A stretch of DNA of 53,377 nt. It comes from Phycisphaerae bacterium (GTDB taxonomy: Bacteria; Planctomycetota; Phycisphaerae; SM23-33). This document shows, in pieces, positions 25,079 through 34,912 of the stretch. Both the position numbers and the translations under genes were made by a program. Position 1 is the stretch's first letter. Each line of letters opens with the position of its first letter. The notes beneath the pieces are model-generated. The model was given only the letters and a program-made list of their open reading frames with translations. It was not told the DNA's origin and made no database searches. The stretch lies in the NCBI GenBank assembly GCA_021108335.1, contig JAIORC010000167.1, forward strand, positions 1 to 53,377, read 5' to 3'.

Positions 25079-26455
25079 ATGAGTATGACAATTACGGAAA
25101 AGATTATCGCCAGACATGCCGGCCGCGATGCTGTTCGCCCCGGCGAAAAGGTTTGGTGCAATGTGGATATGCTGATGACCCACGACGTGTGCGGGCCGGG
25201 CACTATCGGCATTTTTGAAGAGCAGTTCGGCAAAGACGCGAAGGTCTTCGACCCGCAGCGCGTCGTCATTCTGCCGGATCATTATATCTTCACTGCCGAC
25301 CCGAAGGCCCATCGCAACATCGAAATTCTCCGTGATTTCGCCAAGCGGCAGAATCTGCCGTACTACTACGACCCGGACTTCATGATCGCCGGCGACAACA
25401 GCGTGCCCAAGCCGTACGCCGACCCCCGCAAGACCTCCTACGCCGGCGTCTGCCATGCCGCTCTGCCGGAGAAGGGCCACATTCGGCCCGGCGAGCTGAT
25501 GATCGGCACCGACAGCCATACCTGCACCGCCGGGGCGTTCGGCATGTTCGCCTCGGGCATGGGCAATACCGACGCAGCCTTCATCCTCGGCACGGGCAAA
25601 ACCTGGCTGCTCGTACCGCCATCGATGAAATTCGTCTTCCACGGCCAGGTGCCGCCGTACCTGATGGCCAAGGACTTGATCCTGCACGTTATCGGCGAGG
25701 TCGGATTTTCCGGTGCGACGTACATGGCGATGGAGTTCGCCGGCGAAGCCCTGATGAGCCTCAACATCGACGAGCGATGCACCGTGCCGAACATGGCTAT
25801 CGAAGCCGGCGGCAAAAACGGCATCATCGCCCCCGACGAGCTGGCCATCGAATACGTCAAGGCCCGCACGGATGTCCCCTTCGAGCCGGTATACTCCGAC
25901 CCCGACGCGACTTACGTAAAGGTGCTGGAATTCGACACCGACAAACTCGAACCGACGGTAGCTATGCCGCACTCCCCCGACCGCCGCGCACTGGCTAGGG
26001 AGCTGGGCGACGTAACCCTCGACCGCAGCTATATCGGCTCATGCACCGGCGGGAAACTTACCGACCTGCTGGCTGCGGCGAAGGTGCTCAACGGCAAGAC
26101 CGTCAAGATAGATACCTTCATCGTGCCCGGTTCGACAGAGACCGACGCCCGTATGGACGAGGTGATGGTCGACGGCAAAACGATCCGCCAGGTACTCACC
26201 GGCGCCGGCTGCAAGATTGGTCCGGCAAACTGCGCCGCCTGTCTCGGCGGCCCGCAGGATACCTTCGGCCGCGCGAACGAACCCATAAAAGTCGTCTCCA
26301 CGACCAACAGGAACTTCCCCGGACGAATGGGCCATAAGGAGGCGGGCATTTACCTCGCAAGCCCGCTGACCGCAGCCGCCAGCGCACTGACCGGAAAAAT
26401 CACCGACCCTCGCGACGTGGTGAAACTGGACAAACCCGTCGGCCTGGCGGTTTGA
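25079..26455 (+). CDS. leuC: Aconitase-family dehydratase large subunit (3-isopropylmalate / homoaconitate dehydratase LeuC/HacA type)
   Basis: MTITEKIIARHAG...VDMLMTHDVCGP...GTDSHTCTAGAFG...GSCTGG...NRNFPGRMG. AGGAG RBS. No small-subunit gene is adjacent. Confidence 0.8.
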   Translation: MSMTITEKIIARHAGRDAVRPGEKVWCNVDMLMTHDVCGPGTIGIFEEQFGKDAKVFDPQRVVILPDHYIFTADPKAHRNIEILRDFAKRQNLPYYYDPDFMIAGDNSVPKPYADPRKTSYAGVCHAALPEKGHIRPGELMIGTDSHTCTAGAFGMFASGMGNTDAAFILGTGKTWLLVPPSMKFVFHGQVPPYLMAKDLILHVIGEVGFSGATYMAMEFAGEALMSLNIDERCTVPNMAIEAGGKNGIIAPDELAIEYVKARTDVPFEPVYSDPDATYVKVLEFDTDKLEPTVAMPHSPDRRALARELGDVTLDRSYIGSCTGGKLTDLLAAAKVLNGKTVKIDTFIVPGSTETDARMDEVMVDGKTIRQVLTGAGCKIGPANCAACLGGPQDTFGRANEPIKVVSTTNRNFPGRMGHKEAGIYLASPLTAAASALTGKITDPRDVVKLDKPVGLAV

Positions 26456-26460
26456 CAGGT

Positions 26461-26483
26461 GGCACAGGTTTGTAACCTGTGGC
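26461..26483. repeat. Single GGCACAGGTT-TGT-AACCTGTGGC module (mosaic D)
   Basis: Variant of the 23-nt palindrome seen at 21220, 38238, 42416, 42543 and 51086. Lies 6 nt after the leuC stop. Confidence 0.75.
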
Positions 26484-26499
26484 TGAAAATTGAAGAATT

Positions 26500-27744
26500 G
26501 TGAACTATTCGGAATCGAGTTTGTGGTATTCCATGAGCGGCACGTCAAATACATATAAATTTTGCCGGCTGATAACAGCCTTGGGGCTTCTTTGTACGGC
26601 GGCTGGCGCTGCCGATGAGGGTGGCGCTCCGGCAAAGCAGCCGCTGCGGAAATTTACCGCCCGGAATATCGTTATCTACACGGACCTGCCCAACGTCGAT
26701 GCACGCGAGGCCCTCCTGCGCGTTACCGCCATGACCCAAATGTTCAGCCGGCGAATCGAGGGCTTTCCCGGCGAGATCAGCCGAGACCTGCTCTTCTATT
26801 TTTATCGCAATCTTCAGGACTATCGGGCGTCGTTGAATCCATCGCCGGCGGCGGGCAGTTGCGGCGTATATACGGGCGGCGAACTTCGGGCGGCTATCGA
26901 CATTCCGAAATTCAGCCGGCGGAGTGTATGGCGCGTGGTGCAGCATGAAGGCTGGCACGGGTTTGCCCACCAGGTGATTACGCCGAAGGGCAGGCAGTTA
27001 CCGATCTGGCTGGACGAGGCGCTAGCGGAATATTTCGGCGAGGCGGTTTGGACTGGCGATGGTTTTGTCACCGGCGTGATAGACCCCCAAAGGCTGCGGC
27101 GGGTGCAAAAGCGAATCCGCACCGGGCAATTCCGGCCCTGGAAAACGATGATAACTCTGCCCCGCGAAAAATGGGGCGAAAAACTCAACGTCGTCAATCA
27201 CGATCAGGTCTGGTCGATGGCCCAGTTTTTCCTTCATGCCGACGGCGGAAAATACAGGAAGAGTTTTGCCGCGTACTGTCGCGACATAGCCGGCGGCCTG
27301 GAGCCTCTGCCGGCATTCCAAAAGCGTTTTCGCCAGGAGCCGGAACTGCTGCAAAAAGCGTATGAGCAGTGGTGGCTGGGCCTGGGCGAGAATCCCACCG
27401 CCGGCCTCTACGACGAAATTACCATCCGCACGCTGATGAGCTTCCTGTCGCGGGCCTACACGGCGGGGGCGAAATTCAAATCCGCGAAGGAATTTTTCGT
27501 CGCCGCCCGGGCGGGCAAGTGTAACGTGGATAGAAAGAAAACCCCGTCGCGATGGCTGCCGGATCACCTGCTGGAAAAAGCCCTCGCCGAAGCGAAAAAA
27601 TACAAACGCTGGGAACTGACCGCCGGCAAGCAAGGCCGTCCCGTCCTGAGGTTGCACCGCCCGGACGGAACGACGTTAACGGCAACCTTCAGCAGCGACG
27701 GCAAAACATCGTCTCCCAAAATAATGGTTACTGCCGGCAAATAG
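26500..27744 (+). CDS. Secreted DUF1570-like putative zinc metallopeptidase (HExxH)
   Basis: Signal-like LITALGLLCTAAGAA; VVQHEGWHGFAH (HExxH) with a downstream EALAEYF. Start uncertain: GTG 26500 or ATG 26533. Confidence 0.55.
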   Translation: MNYSESSLWYSMSGTSNTYKFCRLITALGLLCTAAGAADEGGAPAKQPLRKFTARNIVIYTDLPNVDAREALLRVTAMTQMFSRRIEGFPGEISRDLLFYFYRNLQDYRASLNPSPAAGSCGVYTGGELRAAIDIPKFSRRSVWRVVQHEGWHGFAHQVITPKGRQLPIWLDEALAEYFGEAVWTGDGFVTGVIDPQRLRRVQKRIRTGQFRPWKTMITLPREKWGEKLNVVNHDQVWSMAQFFLHADGGKYRKSFAAYCRDIAGGLEPLPAFQKRFRQEPELLQKAYEQWWLGLGENPTAGLYDEITIRTLMSFLSRAYTAGAKFKSAKEFFVAARAGKCNVDRKKTPSRWLPDHLLEKALAEAKKYKRWELTAGKQGRPVLRLHRPDGTTLTATFSSDGKTSSPKIMVTAGK

Positions 27745-27745
27745 G

Positions 27746-28100
27746 GGAAAAACAGGCTGTAGGCCGGAGGCTTGAGGCTGTAGGAGTAAACCGGGGGGCA
27801 AGCAGTTTTTCCTCCCGCCTCCAGTTTGGGTAGGCCGGGTCTTGACCCGGCGATAAGAAGGCGATAGCCTTCTTACATGGAAATCCCATCCGATAATACA
27901 TCGCTGAAAAAACGTGTTTTTCGCCGCCGTGAAGCCAAATTGGACAAACTTGTTGTATGTGCCATGCAATTGCCGGGTCAAGACCCGGCCTACCAGAAAC
28001 GGAAAAAAACAGGCTGGAGACTGTAAGCTTGAGGCTGTAGGTAAACCTGGGAGCAAATTGTAGGGTTTGCCGTTTGGCAGTTTTTCCTCCCGCCTCCAGT
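27746..28100. repeat. Intergenic repeat mosaic E: direct repeats flanking an inverted-repeat-bounded core
   Basis: Direct repeats at 27746-27824 and 28001-28100 share GGAAAAACAGGCTG, GCTTGAGGCTGTAGG and an identical 24-nt GCAGTTTTTCCTCCCGCCTCCAGT. GGTAGGCCGGGTCTTGACCCGGC at 27829-27851 is inverted at 27972-27994. The core segment 27913-27994 recurs, inverted, at 50958-51036. Confidence 0.85.
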
Positions 28101-30134
28101 CTACATTGTTGTCGGCGGGGTGATTTCCGGTAGTGGGATCAGTTCCGGCGGTGTTTTGTCGGCAGTTTCAGCTTCGGTAGACTTGCCTGCTTCGCTGGCC
28201 AGCAGGTCGTTGACTGTTGGTTTGTCGAGGGTTTTGCCGTCGATAATCCGCTGGACGTCATTGGCGGAGAGTGTTTCGTACTTCATCAGCGCCTGGGCCA
28301 ATTTTTCCGTCGTGTTGCGGTGTTCTTCCAGTAGGTTGCGGGTTTTTTCAGCGGCGATATCCATCAGGCGGTGGATTTCCGCGTCGATTACTTCGGCGGT
28401 CTGGTTGGAGTAATCCTTGCCGGCGATGTCGGCAAGGGTGCCCTGCGGATCGGTGGCGTACCGGACAAAACCGATCTTCTCGCTCATGCCCCAGTCGAGC
28501 ACCATCTTCCGGGCGATGCCGGTTGCCTGGGCGATGTCGTTGCTGGCGCCGGAGGAAATATCGTTGCAGAAAATCTCCTCGGCAACCCGCCCGCCGAGAA
28601 GCTGCTGCAAAATGGCATGGCAGTATTTGCGGGTGTAGAGGTAGCGGTCTTTTTCCGGCAGAGAGAACGTCGCCCCGCCGAACGGGCCTCGCGGAATGAT
28701 GGAGACCTTGTGCAGGGGGTCGGCATCTTCCAGGAGGCATTGCACCATGGCGTGGCCGGCTTCGTGATAGGCGGTGATTTCCCGCTCTTTCTCGTCGACG
28801 ACGCGGTTTTTGCGGCTTCGGCCCCAGCGTACCTTGTCGCGGGCCTCTTCCAGGTCGCACTGCTCGACGAAGTCTTTTCCCGCCATTGCCGCGGCGATTG
28901 CGGCTTCGTTTACCAACGCAGCCAAGTCGGCGCCGCTGAACATCGGCGTGCCTCGGGCCATGCGGGTAATGTCCACGTCCGGGCCGGTTTTGATCTTGTC
29001 GATGTATATTTTGAGGATTTCGCTTCGGCCCTGGAGGTCCGGCAGCGGCACGGTAACCTGCCGGTCGAAGCGACCCGGGCGGGTCAGCGCCGGGTCCAGC
29101 ACGTCGGAGCGGTTGGTCGCGGCGATGACGATAACCTGGTCGGAACTGCCGAAGCCGTCCATCTCCACCAGTATGGCGTTGAGGGTCTGCTCCCGCTCGT
29201 CGTGCCCCCCGCCGTTGAAGCCCTGCCCGCGACGCCGGCCGACCGCGTCAATCTCGTCGAGGAAAATAATGCACGGGGCGGAATCCTTGGCCTGCTTGAA
29301 GAGGTCTCGCACGCGACTTGCGCCGACGCCGACGAACATCTCCACGAAATCGCTGCCGGAAATGTTGAAAAACGGCACGTCCGCCTCGCCAGCGATAGCC
29401 TTGGCCAGCAGCGTCTTGCCGCAGCCCGGCTCGCCAACCAGCAATACGCCGCGAGGAACCCGGCCACCCAGCCGACTGAACTTCCCGGGATTCTTGAGAA
29501 ACTCGATTATCTCGCTGACTTCATCTTTGGCGTCTTCAATTCCCGCGACGTCGTTGAACGTTATCGTGGATTGTTCCTTGGTGGTAACGCGGTGCTTACT
29601 TCGCCCGAAATTGCCCAGAAAACCCGCACCGCCGCCGGCGCCGCTCATCCGGCGGAACAGGAAGAACCATATCGCCACGAAAATGGCGATCATCAGCAAC
29701 ATGCTCGGCAACGCCCCCTTCCACCAACTCGGAAGAGGATATTCAACCTGTGCGGTACTGCCCGCGTTTTTCAGGCGGATGTTCAAATCTTTCTGAAAAG
29801 TCAGGTCGGTCGGGTAACGATACACGACATAAAATTTCCGGGGCTTGCCTTCTTCCAATGGGACTTTGTCGGACAATTCCCCCTCGATTTTTTCGGTCTC
29901 CACGCGGATTGTGCCGACAATGTCGTTGTTGTCCACGTAGTTCCAGAACTCGGTTATGGTGATCTGTTGCTGTTTGCCGGAAAAGTGCTCGCTCAACAAC
30001 GACGCCACCAGCAGGCCTATCCCGATGATGACAACCCAACCCAGCAGAGATCGGCTGAGTTTCGGGCCTTGCGGAAGTCGCTGCGGGCGCTGCGGACTGG
30101 GGGGTAACTTATCAGGCTTCTGGTTATCGCTCAT
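28101..30134 (-). CDS. ftsH: ATP-dependent zinc metalloprotease FtsH
   Basis: 677 aa with two TMs, AAA+ Walker [14 protein letters not shown], Walker [12 protein letters not shown], and zinc motif HEAGHA. Confidence 0.95.
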   Translation of the reverse strand: MSDNQKPDKLPPSPQRPQRLPQGPKLSRSLLGWVVIIGIGLLVASLLSEHFSGKQQQITITEFWNYVDNNDIVGTIRVETEKIEGELSDKVPLEEGKPRKFYVVYRYPTDLTFQKDLNIRLKNAGSTAQVEYPLPSWWKGALPSMLLMIAIFVAIWFFLFRRMSGAGGGAGFLGNFGRSKHRVTTKEQSTITFNDVAGIEDAKDEVSEIIEFLKNPGKFSRLGGRVPRGVLLVGEPGCGKTLLAKAIAGEADVPFFNISGSDFVEMFVGVGASRVRDLFKQAKDSAPCIIFLDEIDAVGRRRGQGFNGGGHDEREQTLNAILVEMDGFGSSDQVIVIAATNRSDVLDPALTRPGRFDRQVTVPLPDLQGRSEILKIYIDKIKTGPDVDITRMARGTPMFSGADLAALVNEAAIAAAMAGKDFVEQCDLEEARDKVRWGRSRKNRVVDEKEREITAYHEAGHAMVQCLLEDADPLHKVSIIPRGPFGGATFSLPEKDRYLYTRKYCHAILQQLLGGRVAEEIFCNDISSGASNDIAQATGIARKMVLDWGMSEKIGFVRYATDPQGTLADIAGKDYSNQTAEVIDAEIHRLMDIAAEKTRNLLEEHRNTTEKLAQALMKYETLSANDVQRIIDGKTLDKPTVNDLLASEAGKSTEAETADKTPPELIPLPEITPPTTM

Positions 30135-30212
30135 ATTATCTTCTTGTCTTCTCGGTGTTACGGTTCATCAATCATCATTCACGGCGACGCGATTTCAAAC
30201 GCAGCCCCGTTG

Positions 30213-30746
30213 CTATTGCTCGTTGCCCCACTCGGCTTCCGTGGTTTCCACGATCCGCTCGGCAAGTTTGTCCATCAGGTCTTCGGAGCCTCGGAAGAAA
30301 TCTTCATTGAAAGGCGCATCCGGCAGATAGACCGTGGTTACGCGGAAGTTCTTCTTTTCGACGTAGGTCTTGTTGCGGCGGAGGTCTTCCCATTTGAAGC
30401 TGACGTAAAACGTAATCTGCATTTCACGGGGAATGCCCGTATCGGGATTAATGCTCAGCGTAGCCTGCGAAATCCGGTCGATCGAACCGGTCAGCAAGGT
30501 GTCCGCCCGGTTTTTGGCGACCACTTTATAATTCCTGTCCAGTTCGATTTTCTTGATAATGGCTTCGGTAAGGCGGATTTCCAGATCGCGGCGGTAAATG
30601 TCGGCCCCGCGTGTCCAGATCGGCACGCAGACCGTGCTGATGCCCTGGCGGCCTTGGTTTTTTGCGGTGTAGCCGCAGCCCCCGACCCAAACAACTGTCA
30701 GCAGGCACAATGCCGGTAAAATCATCATTCGTCGTATCGTATTCAT
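30213..30746 (-). CDS. LptE-like LPS-assembly lipoprotein
   Basis: Lipobox VGGCGY. About 175 aa with the LptE-like pattern (...ADTLLTGSI...). ATG 30746 has a GGGAGGAAAC RBS and lies 1 nt after the upstream stop. The family call is a recollection-based inference. Confidence 0.45.
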   Translation of the reverse strand: MNTIRRMMILPALCLLTVVWVGGCGYTAKNQGRQGISTVCVPIWTRGADIYRRDLEIRLTEAIIKKIELDRNYKVVAKNRADTLLTGSIDRISQATLSINPDTGIPREMQITFYVSFKWEDLRRNKTYVEKKNFRVTTVYLPDAPFNEDFFRGSEDLMDKLAERIVETTEAEWGNEQ

Positions 30747-30747
30747 C

Positions 30748-31917
30748 TTAGTTTCCTCCCTTGCCGGTAATTTTTTCCAAATCTTCCAGCCGGATGGGTT
30801 TGTTTTTTTCGTCCTGCTTATCGTCCGGTTGTTCTGGCTCAGCCGGAACAACTTCGGTTTGTGGTATTTTTAATTCTGGTTGAGTTTCGGTTCCGGTTGT
30901 CGATTGGGCCGGCGGCGTTTGGGCGTTCTCGACCGATGGCCGCTCGGCAACTTGCGGCTGAGGCTCCAACGGCTGGATTCTGCCCATCATCTCCATGCGT
31001 CCGCGAGCGGATTCTGCCCAATGCGTTTCGGGATATTCCCGCAGGAGTTTCCAATAGTAAAAAACCGCCGCCCTTGGCCTTTTGACCCGCTCGTAGAACT
31101 TGCCGGAGTGGAACAGCTTATGGGCCAGCGTCAGGCGAATTTCAGCGAGAATATGAGGAATGTTTTCGCCCTTGGCTGCCTGCGGATAGGCCTGTGCGAA
31201 TACGCGGAACCGCTCGGCAGCCTCCAGCAGCGGCGTAATATCCCAATTAACGCCCCGGAAACTCAACAGATTGGCCTTGGCTGACTTGAGCATGGCGTAA
31301 GACCTGCGGGGCGACTGGGGATTCTGCTTGACGAATTCGTCGTAAACCTTGACCGCCTCGGCATATTGCTGTTTGTCAAAATGGTAGTCCGCCACTCGCA
31401 GCAGCGACCGCTGGGCAAGTTGCGTGCCCGGTGCGTGGGCGGAAATTCGCATGAGAATCTCGATGCCGTCATCCTGCGCGGAGACCTTGAAAATCTTTAA
31501 CGTCCGACGCTTCCGCCCTTTGAGAAACGCGTCGGCGATTTTGTACTCGCGATCCAGTGCCCGCTCGAAAAACGCGCCGTTGGGATAGGTCGAGATTTGC
31601 CGCTCATACCACTTGTACGCGTCCCAGTAGCGGCCGCGATTCATCTGGGCCTCACCGGCGAGGCTCATCGCCTCTTCGCAGGCAGGGCTGTCGCCGTGGT
31701 TCACCAGGAACGCGTCGACGGCCTTGACCGCCTTCTTGTTCTTCCCGTTCCCGATACGATCGCGAATAGCTTCCAGGTCCGCCTCGGGCGAACCGGGGGC
31801 TGCCGGCGAGGCCTCGACCCAGGCCTTGCCGTCCCAAACCCGCTCCGCGCGGGCAAACCCCACCCCGCAAGTTACCGCCAACGCGGCAACGGCAAGGATT
31901 CGCCATGTCGTTTTCAT
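30748..31917 (-). CDS. BamD/YfiO-like TPR outer-membrane assembly lipoprotein with an acidic/Pro-rich tail
   Basis: Signal peptide MKTTWRILAVAALAVTCG. TPR-like helices (AMSLAGEAQMNRGRYWDAYKWYERQISTYP, YAEAVKVYDEFVKQNP, YYWKLLREYPETHWA). Translationally coupled to the lptE-like gene. Confidence 0.5.
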   Translation of the reverse strand: MKTTWRILAVAALAVTCGVGFARAERVWDGKAWVEASPAAPGSPEADLEAIRDRIGNGKNKKAVKAVDAFLVNHGDSPACEEAMSLAGEAQMNRGRYWDAYKWYERQISTYPNGAFFERALDREYKIADAFLKGRKRRTLKIFKVSAQDDGIEILMRISAHAPGTQLAQRSLLRVADYHFDKQQYAEAVKVYDEFVKQNPQSPRRSYAMLKSAKANLLSFRGVNWDITPLLEAAERFRVFAQAYPQAAKGENIPHILAEIRLTLAHKLFHSGKFYERVKRPRAAVFYYWKLLREYPETHWAESARGRMEMMGRIQPLEPQPQVAERPSVENAQTPPAQSTTGTETQPELKIPQTEVVPAEPEQPDDKQDEKNKPIRLEDLEKITGKGGN

Positions 31918-32015
31918 ATTCAAATCATTCGCTCCGGGGCAGCGATGCCCGGTTTCGGCGCACAAAAAAAGCCAGTTAATACAGGCGAACGATTATACCA
32001 ATCCGGCGGCTGTAT

Positions 32016-32825
32016 TCAAGCTGGAACAGGCGTTTGTTTCTTTGTCGCGGGTTTCTTTTCCGTGGGGGGTGGTTTTGGCCCTGCCGGCGGGATAGCGTTT
32101 TGAGGCCGTGCCGTGCGGGATTTCTTCGCCTTCAGCTCGATGATTTTGCCGGCTTTGTCTGTGGTTACCGTCAGCGGCGTAGCAGCCGACCAGCCCGATC
32201 CGACGTATTTGCCCTCGGCGTAGTTCCAGATTACCGCCATCGCCCAGACGGTGAAGGTTTTGCCCTTCGGGAGATTCTCCGCAGCCTGCAGTTCGGCGAA
32301 ATCGACGTCCAGGCGGCAGTTGGTCCAGCGGGCGGGGCTTGGGGTATCCGGCGTGAAAAGATTATTCCACCGCCGGGTAAGCATCTTGCCGTTTTTCCGC
32401 ACCAGCGGGATAGCTTGCCCAAGGCGGAATTCCACGTCCAAAGCCAACCAGCGATTGCCCGGAGCGGTAATCTCGACCGCCGAGCGAATAACGAAATATC
32501 CCTTGCCGGTGGCGGCGTCTTTGCCGATCTTGACGACATCGTTTCTCAAATAGCGAACGGAAACGGTTTTGATTTTCGTGTTTGCTTTAGTTTTTGCTTT
32601 TGCCGGTGGCGACACTGCGGATTTTGCTTTCCCCTCAGCTTTCGCGGCTTTTGCGGGTTTCGCGGGCGTTTTGGCCTTGGTTTTTTCCGTAGTCTTGGTT
32701 TTCTCCTTCGGTTCCGCCGCCGTTACCTGGCACGTACATGGCTTGCAAGCTTGTCCCCAAGGGGCAAGCCATGCCACCCACGGCAACAATATCACAGCCA
32801 CGCACGATAATATAATTCGTCGCAT
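32016..32825 (-). CDS. Hypothetical secreted protein with K/A/T/P-rich linkers
   Basis: Signal-like MRRIILSCVAVILLPWVAWLA, a lysine/alanine-rich stretch, then a ~150-aa beta-rich domain. No recognisable family. Confidence 0.45.
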   Translation of the reverse strand: MRRIILSCVAVILLPWVAWLAPWGQACKPCTCQVTAAEPKEKTKTTEKTKAKTPAKPAKAAKAEGKAKSAVSPPAKAKTKANTKIKTVSVRYLRNDVVKIGKDAATGKGYFVIRSAVEITAPGNRWLALDVEFRLGQAIPLVRKNGKMLTRRWNNLFTPDTPSPARWTNCRLDVDFAELQAAENLPKGKTFTVWAMAVIWNYAEGKYVGSGWSAATPLTVTTDKAGKIIELKAKKSRTARPQNAIPPAGPKPPPTEKKPATKKQTPVPA

Positions 32826-32929
32826 GATTCTTTTTCTCCCGGACAAATGTAAAACGCGTCAGCCCAGTGTAACCAATCCCGTCGGAAATTTCAGCCCCAG
32901 CCACCGCTAATTGGCGTTTAGAAGTTCTC

Positions 32930-33691
32930 TTAAGGACCTTTATTTTTCAGCACATACTTTGCCATTCGAAGATTTTTGCCGAGTTGGTGCGTGATATGGT
33001 AGCACAGCAGGCGGTTCACGCCGTCGGCCTGGGCGTCGCGGAGCGTTACTTTTTTGCCCGCCTCTGCTGCCGCCAGGGCTGCCAGCGCCCCCAGCACCGC
33101 CGGCTCGATGCGAAACTTCTCGGCATGGCCGGCTTCGCAACCGTCGCAAAGAATCCCGCCCTCCCGGCTGGAGAAATAGACGTTGCCCTGCTGCGGAATT
33201 TCCGCCACGGGCATCCCGCAGGCAACGCAGGCCGCCAGGCCGCCAAGCAGCCCCGTATGCCGCAACAGCCGCCACTGAAAATACGCGATAACCGCACCGA
33301 TCGGCGCGTCGGCTTGGCCGAGCCGACCGAGTGTCTTGTGCAGCAGGTCGAAAACCTCCGGGTGCGGGTCAGCCTCGGCCAGCATCCCCCCGACAAGCTC
33401 GATGGCATACAGCGACGCGTTCAATCGCACCGCGTCCCGCCGCAAATCGGAATGGCTGACCGTCTCGGAAAATTCCATCAGCGTGCCGAGAGCCTCGATG
33501 TTCCGGATGGAAAACATCAGGTCGCCCTCAGCAAGTAAGTCGATAGCGCCGCCGGATTTGCTCTTGGGCCGCTTCGTGCCCTTGGCCAGCAGGCGAACCA
33601 CGCCGGCTTCCCGCGTGAGAAAATGCACAATCTGCGAAGTTTCGCTGTAGTCGGTGGTTCGCAGGCAAATGGCTGTATCGCGGTGTCGCAT
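32930..33691 (-). CDS. recO: DNA repair protein RecO
   Basis: N-terminal OB-fold pattern (AICLRTTDYSETSQIVHFLTREAGVVRLLAKG) and a C-terminal zinc motif CVACG...CDGC. Confidence 0.85.
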   Translation of the reverse strand: MRHRDTAICLRTTDYSETSQIVHFLTREAGVVRLLAKGTKRPKSKSGGAIDLLAEGDLMFSIRNIEALGTLMEFSETVSHSDLRRDAVRLNASLYAIELVGGMLAEADPHPEVFDLLHKTLGRLGQADAPIGAVIAYFQWRLLRHTGLLGGLAACVACGMPVAEIPQQGNVYFSSREGGILCDGCEAGHAEKFRIEPAVLGALAALAAAEAGKKVTLRDAQADGVNRLLCYHITHQLGKNLRMAKYVLKNKGP

Positions 33692-33713
33692 GCCGCAATT
33701 CTAAGCAAAACCC

Positions 33714-33735
33714 GCGTGGGTGCAAGCACCCACGC
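33714..33735 (-). terminator. GCGTGGGTGC-AA-GCACCCACGC module acting as a likely terminator of the upstream minus-strand gene
   Basis: 10-bp stem. On the minus strand it is followed by GGGTTTTGCTT. Lies 7 nt after the stop of 33742-34449. Confidence 0.45.
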
Positions 33736-33741
33736 AGACGG

Positions 33742-34449
33742 TTATGGCTTTTCGGCGAGTTTGAGTGCTTTGGCGAATTTTGCGTTGTGGGGTTTGGCAA
33801 GAGCCTTGGCGAACTCGTCGCTGGCCATCCATCGAAGATTCCTGTTGGCGAACAGATTGGCGAACAGTACGTTTCGGCCATGCTCGTTGAAATCGAAGCC
33901 AGCTTTTTCGCAGGCTATGATTGTCTCTGCCGGGGCGTCCTTGGCTGGGGCTAAATAGCAATATGCCACGCCCAATTTTTCCTTGCCAGGATACCGCAAT
34001 CTTTTTTCGGTTATATACTTTTCTTTGACAAGCTGGCTGAGTTGTTGGGGATACTGGTTGTTGTTTTCGGCTGCATACGCTGTTATCGCATGACGAAGAC
34101 CATGGAGATTATTCTGGGATATTGCCCGCCTGGAAAGAATTCGCCCCGAAAAGAATAATGCAAATATGGCCAAAAAGCTCAACACGATTCCCACTATTGC
34201 CAAACCTTTTTTGGAACGTTTGGTAGTCAAGGCAATGATGCCGCAAATCACCGTTGGCAAGCCAAACAGAAATACTGCTGCCAGGGCTAGGTAGACACCA
34301 AGGCACATTGACTTTAGCGGAACAAAAGCCCCGAGTCCGAGAATCAAGGCTATGATACCCATGACCAGGACAGCGATGCTGAGTCTGGCTGATTTTCGAC
34401 GGCCTGGTTGAGACGTGGCCGGCTGTGGTGTCGGCGGCGTTGATGTCAT
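33742..34449 (-). CDS. Hypothetical membrane protein (3-4 TM) with a pseudopilin-like extracytoplasmic domain
   Basis: The hydrophobic N-terminal half is followed by RRAISQNNLHGLRHAITAYAAENNNQYP. This resembles the segment after the TM helix of type II/IV pseudopilins, but there is no prepilin leader. Confidence 0.45.
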   Translation of the reverse strand: MTSTPPTPQPATSQPGRRKSARLSIAVLVMGIIALILGLGAFVPLKSMCLGVYLALAAVFLFGLPTVICGIIALTTKRSKKGLAIVGIVLSFLAIFALFFSGRILSRRAISQNNLHGLRHAITAYAAENNNQYPQQLSQLVKEKYITEKRLRYPGKEKLGVAYCYLAPAKDAPAETIIACEKAGFDFNEHGRNVLFANLFANRNLRWMASDEFAKALAKPHNAKFAKALKLAEKP

Positions 34450-34474
34450 TGTATTTTCCTTTTCCGATAGTGGG

Positions 34475-34744
34475 CTATGGCCCTTCGGCGGTCGGCGGAG
34501 TTTCCTGTCGCTTGCTTTCCAAGGCGGAATCGTCCTCCCCGGGATCGTTGGACTTTTTGGTTTCGCTCACGGCCTTTGCTGCCCGGATCAGGCGATAAAG
34601 CCCGCCGGCAAAGCCCAGCACAAACCCCACCAGCGTCCATAACGGTAACGTGTCGTACCGGGAATCCAGCCATATTCCGCCGCCGGTCAACAGTCCGACC
34701 GTGATAATAAATTCCATGCCCACGGTGGCATGAGGCAACAACAT
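34475..34744 (-). CDS. Small 2-TM protein, AtpZ/AtpI-like (putative F0F1-ATPase-associated family)
   Basis: GMEFIITVGLLTGGGIWLDSRYDTLPLWTLVGFVLGFAGGLYRLIR matches the remembered pattern of that family. No atp genes are nearby. Start uncertain (ATG 34744 or 34717). Confidence 0.3.
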   Translation of the reverse strand: MLLPHATVGMEFIITVGLLTGGGIWLDSRYDTLPLWTLVGFVLGFAGGLYRLIRAAKAVSETKKSNDPGEDDSALESKRQETPPTAEGP

Positions 34745-34864
34745 TTGACGCTTCGGAAATTCAAGCACGTTCCAGACCTCGCAGACGGTACAAGCTCTAG
34801 GGTATGTCCCCCGCAACAGGCTGTCAAGAATCCCTGGCCGGAAAACATCTCCACATGCCCGGCT

Positions 34865-34879
34865 TGGCAAATGTCTTGG
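34865..34879 (+). promoter_or_regulatory. Sigma-54-like -24/-12 element candidate (TGGCAA-N5-TTGG) in the conserved upstream box of membrane-protein cassette 1
   Basis: TGGCAAATGTCTTGG vs consensus TGGCAC-N5-TTGC. Part of a 37-nt box (34866-34902) repeated at 35457-35493 with about 3 mismatches. Confidence 0.2.
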
Positions 34880-34912
34880 AGTTTTCACGATGAATGCCTT
34901 AAATTACCAGAT

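Noticed and set aside
28371-30107. 578-aa plus-strand ORF opposite ftsH
   Set aside because: FtsH on the minus strand is unambiguous (AAA+ and HEAGH motifs). The plus frame has no motifs.
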